A DNA stretch of 64,000 nt, taken from positions 21,056 to 85,055 of the forward strand of contig JBJOQW010000060.1 in assembly GCA_046049665.1 (NCBI GenBank), given 5' to 3'. Positions 9,353-17,291 of this stretch are shown piece by piece. Numbering within the stretch: the stretch's first letter is position 1; each line of letters opens with the position of its first letter. The DNA comes from Pseudomonadota bacterium (GTDB taxonomy: Bacteria > Pseudomonadota > Alphaproteobacteria > Rhodobacterales > Rhodobacteraceae). The position numbers and the translations under genes are program-made. A model generated the notes under the pieces. It was not told the origin of the DNA and did no database searches. It saw nothing but the letters and a program-made list of their open reading frames with translations.

Positions 9353-9802
9353 ATGAGTAACGGACTGCAGTTGGCCAGTCGGCCCTTTGATAACCCCAAT
9401 GCTGCTGGCAAGGCACGCGGAGACTTTCTGGGGCTTTTGCTTAACCTTGCGAACAGCGCATGGAAATTCTCGCAGCGCAGTCAGGCGCAGCAGGGTGTGC
9501 GCAGGGCGCTGAATGATGCGGTTTACGCGCTTTCGAAACGGCCAGAAGGCTATTACGTGATCGTGCAAATGGCCGGGCGGGATGTCAGCGCCGGGGCTTT
9601 GCGTGGCATGATCCAGTTTACCAGCGCAACAGCCAGTACCCCTGCGCCGATTTCGGGGTTTCACATTCCGGCGTCCGTCTGGCCCGCGGGAACACGGGTG
9701 TTTCATCAGGTGATCCATAATGTGCAAGGGGTGTGTCCGCGTAATCTGCCATCAGATGCGATGAATCTTGACCAAGCCAGGCAGTTGCTGGGCCGCCTGT
9801 AA
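9353..9802 (+). CDS. hypothetical protein (149 aa, orphan)
   Basis: ATG preceded by GGAGGA at good spacing, coding-like codon usage, strong hairpin directly downstream. No domain recognised. Confidence 0.6.
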   Translation: MSNGLQLASRPFDNPNAAGKARGDFLGLLLNLANSAWKFSQRSQAQQGVRRALNDAVYALSKRPEGYYVIVQMAGRDVSAGALRGMIQFTSATASTPAPISGFHIPASVWPAGTRVFHQVIHNVQGVCPRNLPSDAMNLDQARQLLGRL

Positions 9803-9810
9803 GCAGCCAA

Positions 9811-9846
9811 GAAAAAGGCCGCGCAGGTTGCCCTGCGCGGCCTTCA
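9811..9846. terminator. bidirectional terminator (orphan gene / rplI)
   Basis: 11-bp perfect stem GGCCGCGCAGG/CCTGCGCGGCC, loop TTGC, A-run upstream and T-rich tail downstream. Lies between convergent genes. Confidence 0.8.
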
Positions 9847-9865
9847 ATTCGATTCTGACGCGTGA

Positions 9866-10450
9866 TCAGTCGCGGGTCAGGTCTTCACCATCCTGCGCCG
9901 CACCCATTTCATCAAACAGGTTGGCGATTTCGAATTCGGCTTCGGCTTCTGCCTCGGCTGCGAGTTCCTGGATCGACTTGCCAGATGCCTGCAGTTCGGC
10001 CTCTTCGACCGAACGTGCAACGTTCAGGCGCAGTTTGACCGAGACTTCGGGGTGCAGGGCAGCAGTTACCGTGTGCAGGCCCAATTCCTTGATCGGGCGA
10101 TCAAGGATGATCTGGCCGCGGTCAACGGTAAAGCCTGCAGCCGTGGCTGCATCGGCCGCGTCACGCGTGGTGACAGAACCATACAGCGCCCCGGCATCGG
10201 ATGCCGAGCGGATGATGATGAAGGTCTGGCCATCAAGCTTGGCGCCTGCGGCTTCGGCCTCTTTCTTGGTTTCCAGGTTCACCAGTTCCAGTTGGGCTTT
10301 CTTGGCCTCAAAGGATTTGATGTTGCTGTCATTGGCGCGCAGGGCCTTGCCCTGTGGCAGAAGGAAGTTGCGGGCGTAACCGTCCTTGACGTTCACGACC
10401 TCACCCATCTGGCCCAGTTTGGCCACGCGCTGAAGAAGGATAACTTGCAT
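9866..10450 (-). CDS. rplI: 50S ribosomal protein L9 (with acidic C-terminal extension)
   Basis: [36 protein letters not shown]. Confidence 0.96.
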   Translation of the reverse strand: MQVILLQRVAKLGQMGEVVNVKDGYARNFLLPQGKALRANDSNIKSFEAKKAQLELVNLETKKEAEAAGAKLDGQTFIIIRSASDAGALYGSVTTRDAADAATAAGFTVDRGQIILDRPIKELGLHTVTAALHPEVSVKLRLNVARSVEEAELQASGKSIQELAAEAEAEAEFEIANLFDEMGAAQDGEDLTRD

Positions 10451-10461
10451 CGGTTTTCTCC

Positions 10462-10689
10462 TTACTTCACGGCATAGGGCAGCAGGGCGAGGAAGCGTGC
10501 GCGCTTGATGGCCTGGGCCAGTTCGCGCTGCTTTTTCGCAGAGACTGCGGTGATACGGGATGGCACGATCTTGCCGCGCTCAGAAACGTAGCGCTGCAGC
10601 AGACGTGTATCCTTGTAGTCGATCGCCGGTGCATTGTCGCCCGAGAACGGGCAAACCTTGCGGCGGCGGAAAAATGGTTTCGTAGCCAT
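10462..10689 (-). CDS. rpsR: 30S ribosomal protein S18
   Basis: 75 aa, [10 protein letters not shown]...[20 protein letters not shown]. Confidence 0.96.
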   Translation of the reverse strand: MATKPFFRRRKVCPFSGDNAPAIDYKDTRLLQRYVSERGKIVPSRITAVSAKKQRELAQAIKRARFLALLPYAVK

Positions 10690-10718
10690 GGCTTATGATC
10701 CTTTCTGCAAGCTGGATG

Positions 10719-11171
10719 TTAACGGCGGTCGCCGAACGACGGACGTTCGCTGCGCTCTGGCCGGTCACCAAAGCTGCGTTCGCGGCGTTCACCACCACCA
10801 AAGCCCATCCCGCCGCCATCACGGTCACGGTCGCCACGTTCACGGTCATCACGCTTTTGCATCTGGACCGACGGCCCATCCGTGTGCGCATCAACCTTGA
10901 TCGTCAGCACGCGCATGACATCATCATGCAGGCGCATAAGGCGTTCCATTTCCAGGACGGCTGCAGCAGGTGCATCCGATTTCACAAAGGCATAGTGGCC
11001 CTTGCGGTTCTTGTTGATCTTGTAGGCCATCGTCTTGACGCCCCAGTATTCGCTTTCCACAACCTTGCCGCCGTTGTCGGCCAGCACGGTAGAGAAATGT
11101 TCGATCAGGGCTTCAGCTTGCGTGTTGGACAGATCCTGACGCGCAATGAAGACATGCTCATAAAGCGGCAT
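10719..11171 (-). CDS. rpsF: 30S ribosomal protein S6
   Basis: Start moved to MPLYEHVFIARQD. Arg/Asp/Gly-rich C-terminal tail. Confidence 0.95.
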   Translation of the reverse strand: MPLYEHVFIARQDLSNTQAEALIEHFSTVLADNGGKVVESEYWGVKTMAYKINKNRKGHYAFVKSDAPAAAVLEMERLMRLHDDVMRVLTIKVDAHTDGPSVQMQKRDDRERGDRDRDGGGMGFGGGERRERSFGDRPERSERPSFGDRR

Positions 11172-11483
11172 GCAGCATTCCTTTATTCTCAGGCGCATTT
11201 CATAGGGCAAACGGTTGACCCGCCGCTGTTTGCCCACGAGGTGTTGCGCCGGTTCAGGGTGTGAACGGCGGGATGCAGCCCTTTAAGCGGGGGTGTGCCG
11301 GGATGCAAGCCTTTGTTGGCCCCCGGAACCAGATTCGCGCGCGGCCCGGACGATCATCGTTTCGTGATGTTCGCCCATACACAGTGCTTGTTCAGTTCTG
11401 TGCAATTTGAGAGAGCAGGCTTTGCAAGTATGTTTCGCCGCGTCAACCCGGGGAAAACCCCCAATCAGCCTTTGGAGTATGCC

Positions 11484-12059
11484 ATGAAATTTGCCTCTTT
11501 TGCACTGGCCGCAGCCCTGTTCGCGTCGCCAGCCCTTGCCGCGCCTGAAAAATTCGTTCTGGACGCATCGCACAGCCAGATCGTGTTCAGCTATGATCAC
11601 CTTGGTTTTTCAACCACCTACGGCATGTTCAGCGGCTTTAACGGCGAGATCATGTTTGATGCCGAAGCGCCTGCGTCCTCCACGGTGACGGTGTCCTTCC
11701 CGGTGCGCAGCATGATGACGGGCTGGGAAGAGCGTTTCCAGCACTTCATGTCGGCAGATATCTTCAACGCTGCTGATGATACGTCGATGGTCACCTTCAC
11801 CTCGACGGCCATTGAAGTGACGGGCGAAAACACGGCCAACATCACGGGCGATCTGACGATGAATGGCGTGACCAAGCCGGTCACGATTGCAACAGTGATG
11901 AACAAGGCTGACAACCACCCGATGGCCAACAAGCCATGGATGGGCTTTACCGGCACGACCACCGTTCTGCGCAGCGATTTCAACGTTGGCCTGTTCGCGC
12001 CAGCGGTCAGCGATGAAGTGAAGATCACGCTGTCGATCGAAGCTGCAAAAGCCGAATAA
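11484..12059 (+). CDS. YceI family periplasmic protein
   Basis: Signal peptide MKFASFALAAALFASPALA, then the YceI pattern (LDASHSQIVFSYDHLGFSTTYGMFSGFNGEI). Confidence 0.88.
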   Translation: MKFASFALAAALFASPALAAPEKFVLDASHSQIVFSYDHLGFSTTYGMFSGFNGEIMFDAEAPASSTVTVSFPVRSMMTGWEERFQHFMSADIFNAADDTSMVTFTSTAIEVTGENTANITGDLTMNGVTKPVTIATVMNKADNHPMANKPWMGFTGTTTVLRSDFNVGLFAPAVSDEVKITLSIEAAKAE

Positions 12060-12075
12060 GCTCCCGGCAGAATGC

Positions 12076-12110
12076 AAAGGCCGCTGCGGGCGTTCCGCAG
12101 CGGCCTTTTT
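12076..12110. terminator. bidirectional terminator between the convergent yceI-like genes
   Basis: Stem GGCCGCTGCGG/CCGCAGCGGCC flanked by AAA and TTTTT. Confidence 0.85.
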
Positions 12111-12128
12111 CATGCGCGCTGTCCAGCG

Positions 12129-13340
12129 TCAGTTGCGCGTGGCAACAAGGTTGGTGGTGACGGTAGCGTTGAAGCCCACGGTGGATTCGTCGCCATAGGT
12201 GGCACCCATGCCAAAGGTGCGCCGGTCAATCTGGGTAGTGCCCGTCATGGTGGCCACATTCCCTGCGATCACCAGATCAAAGGCCAGTTGCAGCGGTGCG
12301 GTCACGCCCCGCAGGGTCAACATGCCATCGGCCAGATAGCCGGTCTCGGCAGGCAGGATGCTGGCGTCGAAGGTGGCGGTTGGATGGGTTGCCACATCAA
12401 AGAATTCAGCGGCCTTGGCCTGATCGGTGACAGACCCCAGGGTCAGGCTCGTGGTATCGATCGTCACGCTCACGCTGCCATGGCTGCCTTCAGTTGCGAC
12501 TTCGTCAAAGCGGATGTCGGCGCTCCAGTTGGCAAAGCTGCCTTGGATTTCGCTACCCATCTGGTTGATGGCAAAGCCAAGCGTGCCTTCGGTGACGGTC
12601 CAGTTTCCGGTTGCCGCTGATGCGGTTGCTGGGGCGGGCGATGCGACCTCAGCGGTGGTCGGGGGGACTTCGGTCTTGGCCATTGACCATGCTAGGCCCG
12701 CACCTGCCGCGTAAATTGCCAGCGCAGCAATGGCCGGGCCGCGCGCATGTGCGGCACCAGTTGCCCGGTCCGGTGCGTTTGCCCCGCGCGTCATGCGGGC
12801 CAGCGTATGATCCTTGTCAATAAACGCATGTTTCAGCGCCCCGGCAATGTGCAGCAGAATCGAGGCGACAAGCACCTTGGTGAACACCCAATGCATCGCC
12901 CCGGCCAGATGCGCCACGGTTTCCGATGTGGGCACGCCCGGCAAATCCTGCCCAAGGGGCCACAGGATGGGGGCAAAACCATCAGTCGCTGCATGGTGAA
13001 CCCAGCCAGACAGCGGCACGATGACAAGTGACAGATACAGCGCCCAATGCACCAGCTCTGCCGCCATCGTCTCGGCCTTGCGGTCAGCGTGTACGGGTTC
13101 CGGGCGCGTTTGTGTCAGGGCCCACAGAATACGGATCAACGCCACGGCAAAGGCCGCGACCCCCACCGTCTTGTGCAGCGAAAACAGTTGCGCCTTTGCA
13201 GCCAGTTCTTCACCTGTGGCATAGGGCATCTGGTTGGCAAACCAGCCAAGCGGGATGGCTGACAGGATCAGCAGGGCAGTCAGCCAGTGCAATGTGCGGG
13301 CGACCGAGCCATAGCTGGTTGCGGTATTCGTGGTGGCCAT
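12129..13340 (-). CDS. cytochrome b561-family membrane domain fused to a C-terminal YceI domain
   Basis: N-terminal four-helix cytochrome b pattern with His residues (RTLHWLTALLIL, HKTVG, HWALY, HHAATDG). C-terminal YceI pattern (WTVTEGTLGFAINQMGSEIQGSF...THPTATF). Confidence 0.85.
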   Translation of the reverse strand: MATTNTATSYGSVARTLHWLTALLILSAIPLGWFANQMPYATGEELAAKAQLFSLHKTVGVAAFAVALIRILWALTQTRPEPVHADRKAETMAAELVHWALYLSLVIVPLSGWVHHAATDGFAPILWPLGQDLPGVPTSETVAHLAGAMHWVFTKVLVASILLHIAGALKHAFIDKDHTLARMTRGANAPDRATGAAHARGPAIAALAIYAAGAGLAWSMAKTEVPPTTAEVASPAPATASAATGNWTVTEGTLGFAINQMGSEIQGSFANWSADIRFDEVATEGSHGSVSVTIDTTSLTLGSVTDQAKAAEFFDVATHPTATFDASILPAETGYLADGMLTLRGVTAPLQLAFDLVIAGNVATMTGTTQIDRRTFGMGATYGDESTVGFNATVTTNLVATRN

Positions 13341-13487
13341 GGTTCTTCTCCGGTCCGTTGCGATGGGGCAAGCCTAGCATGCACCGCGGAAAGGAACAGG
13401 CGCAGGATTGCACATCAGATGTGGACGGTGCTTGCCCCATCCCCGCCCGCCCGTTATGCCAAAGGCAAAGAACGGGGGGACTTGGCC

Positions 13488-14417
13488 ATGAGCCGCGCAT
13501 TCATTTTTCCGGGGCAGGGCGCCCAGACCATTGGCATGGGGCGCGCCCTTGCCGATGCCTATCCATCTGCAAAGGCCGTGTTTGATGAGGTGGATGAGGC
13601 GCTTGGTCAAAAGCTGTCATCGCTGATCTGGGACGGCGATATTGCCGAACTGACACTGACGCAGAATGCACAGCCCGCGCTGATGGCCACATCCATGGCA
13701 GCACTGCGCGCGCTTGAGGCGGAAGGGATCAGCATCACCGATGCGGCCTTTGTGGCGGGCCATTCGCTGGGCGAATATTCAGCACTTTGTGCCGCAGGGG
13801 CGCTGCAACTGTCTGATACGGCGCGGCTTTTGCGCACGCGCGGGCGTGCCATGCAAGAGGCGGTGCCCGTAGGTGTGGGGGCCATGGCGGCTCTGCTGGG
13901 TCTTGATTTCGCAACGGCGACTGAAGTGGCGGCCGAGGCTGCGCAAGGCGAAGTCTGCCAGGCCGCCAATGACAATGACCCGGCCCAGGTGGTGGTATCG
14001 GGGCACAAGGCCGCGGTCGAACGCGCCTTGGAGATTGCCAAGGCGCGCGGTGCAAAGCGCGCGATCCTGCTGCCCGTCAGTGCGCCGTTCCATTGCGCAT
14101 TGATGGGGCCTGCGGCGGCAGTGATGTCTGAAGCTTTGGCCGGCGTGGCGATTGCCGCACCGCAAGTGCCGGTGGTGGTCAACGTGCGGGCTGAGGCGGT
14201 GACAGAGCCTGACCGCATCCGTGCATTGCTGGTGGCGCAGATCACGGGGTCGGTCCGCTGGCGCGAATCCGTGCAATGGATGGCAGGTGCAGGTGTGACT
14301 GAATTCTGGGAAATTGGCGCAGGCAAGGCGTTGTCGGGCATGGTCAAGCGGATTGTCGAAGGGGCAGTGACGCGTGCCGTGGGCACACCGGATGATGTGA
14401 TCGCGGCAAAAGCATAA
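13488..14417 (+). CDS. fabD: malonyl-CoA:ACP transacylase
   Basis: MSRAFIFPGQGAQTIGMG, GHSLGEYSAL. Start moved from 13287. Confidence 0.95.
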   Translation: MSRAFIFPGQGAQTIGMGRALADAYPSAKAVFDEVDEALGQKLSSLIWDGDIAELTLTQNAQPALMATSMAALRALEAEGISITDAAFVAGHSLGEYSALCAAGALQLSDTARLLRTRGRAMQEAVPVGVGAMAALLGLDFATATEVAAEAAQGEVCQAANDNDPAQVVVSGHKAAVERALEIAKARGAKRAILLPVSAPFHCALMGPAAAVMSEALAGVAIAAPQVPVVVNVRAEAVTEPDRIRALLVAQITGSVRWRESVQWMAGAGVTEFWEIGAGKALSGMVKRIVEGAVTRAVGTPDDVIAAKA

Positions 14418-14495
14418 GGTGGTCTGGGGCTGCAGGGTCTGTGCGCCCCGCTTGCCCCTGGACATTTTCACAGGCTTGAAAGTTGGGAGGGGCAG

Positions 14496-15233
14496 ATGTT
14501 TGATCTGACAGGGAAATCGGCACTAGTGACCGGGGCATCCGGTGGTATTGGGGCAGCAATAGCGCGTGCCCTGCATGGGGCGGGGGCGACAGTCGCCCTG
14601 TCGGGCACACGGGTTGAACCCTTGCAGGCGCTGGCGGTTGAACTGGCCACGCGGGTGCATGTGCTGCCATGTGATCTGTCGGACCCGGTGGCGGTTGAGG
14701 CGTTGATGAAAGACGCGATTGCCGCGATGGGCGCGGTGGATGTGCTGGTCAATAACGCGGGCATCACACGTGATGGCTTGGCCATGCGCATGTCTGATGA
14801 TGACTGGCAGGCGGTGATCGACGTGAACCTGACCTCAACTTTCCGGCTGTGCCGGGGGGCCTTGCGCGGCATGATGAAGGCGCGGTGGGGGCGCATCATC
14901 AACATTTCATCCGTGGTCGGGGCCACGGGCAACGCAGGGCAGGCCAATTACGCGGCCTCCAAGGCAGGCATGATTGCCATGTCGAAAAGCATTGCCGAAG
15001 AGGTTGCAAGCCGGGGCATCACGGTAAATGCTGTCGCCCCCGGGTTTATTGCCACGCCAATGACAGACAAGCTGACAGATGATCAGAAAGGCCGCATCCT
15101 TTCGGAAATTCCGGCGGGTCGCATGGGTGATGCCGGCGATATTGCCGCCGCCGTACTGTATCTCGCCAGTCCTGAAGCTGGCTATGTGACCGGGGCTACG
15201 CTGCATGTAAACGGCGGCATGCATATGGGCTGA
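14496..15233 (+). CDS. fabG: 3-oxoacyl-ACP reductase
   Basis: SDR motifs TGASGGIG, NNAG, YAASKAG. Follows fabD. Confidence 0.95.
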   Translation: MFDLTGKSALVTGASGGIGAAIARALHGAGATVALSGTRVEPLQALAVELATRVHVLPCDLSDPVAVEALMKDAIAAMGAVDVLVNNAGITRDGLAMRMSDDDWQAVIDVNLTSTFRLCRGALRGMMKARWGRIINISSVVGATGNAGQANYAASKAGMIAMSKSIAEEVASRGITVNAVAPGFIATPMTDKLTDDQKGRILSEIPAGRMGDAGDIAAAVLYLASPEAGYVTGATLHVNGGMHMG

Positions 15234-15348
15234 CGGTGCATTTCAAATCAAGCTTTAGCTGATTGATCGGACACCCGCCCTGATTCACTTACCTGCCGTT
15301 AAGGCCTGTCTGGCAGTGTTTTCTGGCAACCAGTGTGGTGGGGACCAG

Positions 15349-16116
15349 ATGGGTTTTCGGCGGGTGTTTGACGGCGCATTTCTGCGCGCAGAAATTCATG
15401 GCGACGGGCAGAATGGCCTGTTTGTCAGCTTTGATCATTATCGTCCGGGGCGGACCTGTTTTGTGAACATGGCACCTGTCCAGATGGCACTGGACATGGG
15501 CTATGCCAGTCTGGTCATCTCGACCGCAGCAAATGACTGGTTTCTGAACCCTGACCTGCCAGACCTGCGTGTCGAACTGCAACATCTGGCGGCGCAATAT
15601 CCTGTCGTGCGGGCCATCGGCTTTTCGATGGGGGGATATGGCGCGCTTTTGCTGTCCAACACCCTGCAGCTGGCCTTTGCAACACTCTGGGCCCCGCAGG
15701 TTTCGATCCGGCAAAGGCTGGCCCCTTTCGAAAACCGATTCAAGACCGAAGCCAGTCGTATCGACGTGGTGGCCGACCAGTTGCGCCTGCACATCATTCC
15801 GCAATTGCAGGGCCTTGTGTTGTGCGACCCCTTCGCCCACCCGGCCGAACGCCAGCACGCCCATGCGATACAGGCGCTGGCCCCTGATCTTGGACTTGCA
15901 GCCTTGCCGTTCTCCGGGCACCCGCCGACGGGGGTTGTGATGGCCGGCGGCGCTTATCAGTCGCTTCTGCGTGCCGCAATCAGTGGCGAGATGACCCCGC
16001 AGATGGTGCGGAAGGTGCATGCCAGCCACCGCTGGGGGTCGGAATCCTATTTGCGCGCGTTGCAGGCCAGGCTTAACAAACGCGAAGCGCGGGGCTTTGC
16101 GATGACCGGCACTTAG
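15349..16116 (+). CDS. alpha/beta-hydrolase-like protein (putative Ser-Asp-His esterase)
   Basis: Nucleophile elbow GFSMGG. Downstream candidate Asp (LCDPF) and His (FSGHP). The antisense 285-aa ORF is Arg/Gln/His-rich and looks spurious. The start is uncertain (GTG at 15316 or ATG at 15349). Confidence 0.6.
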   Translation: MGFRRVFDGAFLRAEIHGDGQNGLFVSFDHYRPGRTCFVNMAPVQMALDMGYASLVISTAANDWFLNPDLPDLRVELQHLAAQYPVVRAIGFSMGGYGALLLSNTLQLAFATLWAPQVSIRQRLAPFENRFKTEASRIDVVADQLRLHIIPQLQGLVLCDPFAHPAERQHAHAIQALAPDLGLAALPFSGHPPTGVVMAGGAYQSLLRAAISGEMTPQMVRKVHASHRWGSESYLRALQARLNKREARGFAMTGT

Positions 16117-16275
16117 CCTGCACTGCCGTGGGAAACTGTTTGCCATGCGCCAAAGCCCTTGCTATAGGCGCGCCTGACCGCAAAGCCGCTTGAAACGGCG
16201 GTGGGATGCCCGTTAGTGTGGGCGCAGGCATGGACGTGACCGGGGGCCTTCCCCGCAACAGGAACGAGGAATGAC

Positions 16276-16509
16276 ATGAGCGATATCGCAGCCCGCGTGA
16301 AGAAGATCGTGGTCGAGCATCTGGGCGTTGAAGAAGACAAGGTGATCGAGAATGCCTCGTTCATTGATGATCTGGGCGCTGACAGCCTGGACACTGTCGA
16401 ACTGGTGATGGCTTTCGAAGAAGAATTCGGGATCGAGATCCCTGACGATGCCGCCGAAACCATTCAGACCTTCGGCGATGCCGTGAAATTCATCACCGAA
16501 GCGGCGTAA
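16276..16509 (+). CDS. acpP: acyl carrier protein
   Basis: 77 aa, [19 protein letters not shown]. Confidence 0.97.
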   Translation: MSDIAARVKKIVVEHLGVEEDKVIENASFIDDLGADSLDTVELVMAFEEEFGIEIPDDAAETIQTFGDAVKFITEAA

Positions 16510-16531
16510 GCCCCCTTGGTGTGACCTTTTG

Positions 16532-16558
16532 AAAAGGCACCCTGCGGGGTGCCTTTTT
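16532..16558 (+). terminator. intrinsic terminator of acpP
   Basis: Stem GGCACCC/GGGTGCC, loop TGCG, followed by TTTTT. Confidence 0.85.
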
Positions 16559-16573
16559 GCATTTGGGGGGCTG

Positions 16574-17104
16574 ATGATTCCGACACTTGGAACGGACCGC
16601 CTGATCTTGCGGGCGATGCGGCGTGATGATTTCCCGGCCTTTGCGGCGCTTTGGGCGATGCCAGAGATGACGCGCTACAACCGGCCCGGTCCGCGCGATG
16701 AAACTGCAAGCTGGCGGTCGTTTCTGGCCAATGCGGGCAGTTGGGCCATGGATGGTATCGGGCAATGGGCGGTTTGCTGGCGGAACGGGGGGGCGTTTAT
16801 CGGGCAGGTAGGGTTCTTTGATGCGCGCCGGGAACTGGGGGCAGATTTTGATGCCGTGCCAGAATGTGGCTGGGCGGTGGCACCTGACATGCAGGGGCAG
16901 GGGGTGGCGACGGAGGCCTGCATCGCCGCGCACCGCTGGATGGATGCGCGGGGGCCGGGGGAAACGGTGGCGATGATCGCGGCGGGCAATGTGGAATCAG
17001 AACGGCTGGCGATGAAACTGGGCTACCGGCAGTTCAGGGTGATGACGCTGGATGGGGTGGCGATGGGGCTGTCGCGGCGCAGGGCAAAAGCCGCTGTCCC
17101 ATGA
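16574..17104 (+). CDS. GNAT family N-acetyltransferase (RimJ/RimL-like)
   Basis: LGTDRLILRAMRRDDF...GWAVAPDMQGQGVATEA...N..S.RLAMKLGY. Start placed after the acpP terminator. Confidence 0.8.
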   Translation: MIPTLGTDRLILRAMRRDDFPAFAALWAMPEMTRYNRPGPRDETASWRSFLANAGSWAMDGIGQWAVCWRNGGAFIGQVGFFDARRELGADFDAVPECGWAVAPDMQGQGVATEACIAAHRWMDARGPGETVAMIAAGNVESERLAMKLGYRQFRVMTLDGVAMGLSRRRAKAAVP

Positions 17105-17198
17105 TGGGACAGTTTTGAAGCCAAGCAATATCAATGACTTGACTGTTCCGTATTCACGTTTTGTTAACTGCTGCCATGCCTTTGCAGGATATGCACCC

Positions 17199-17218
17199 AA
17201 AAATCTTGCAAGATTTTT
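17199..17218. repeat. AT-rich perfect palindrome AAAAATCTTG/CAAGATTTTT (terminator-like)
   Basis: 10+10 perfect dyad in the convergent GNAT/GlxA gap, followed by ATTTTC-N7-GAAAAT at 17224-17242. Confidence 0.85.
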
Positions 17219-17291
17219 TGCAATTTTCTTGGACGAAAATGGGACTGCTGCATCGGCGGTCTACCGAGTCCTGCGGTCTGCCCAACCCTGA

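Noticed and set aside
8347-9411. 354-aa minus-strand ORF overlapping tig and the downstream gap.
   Set aside because: It is antisense to trigger factor and has shadow-ORF composition. Its N-terminal part runs through the tig terminator and low-GC non-coding DNA.
15289-16146. 285-aa minus-strand ORF competing with the alpha/beta-hydrolase call.
   Set aside because: It is Arg/Gln/His-rich and has no motif. The plus-strand frame carries a GxSxG elbow and an ordered Asp/His pair.
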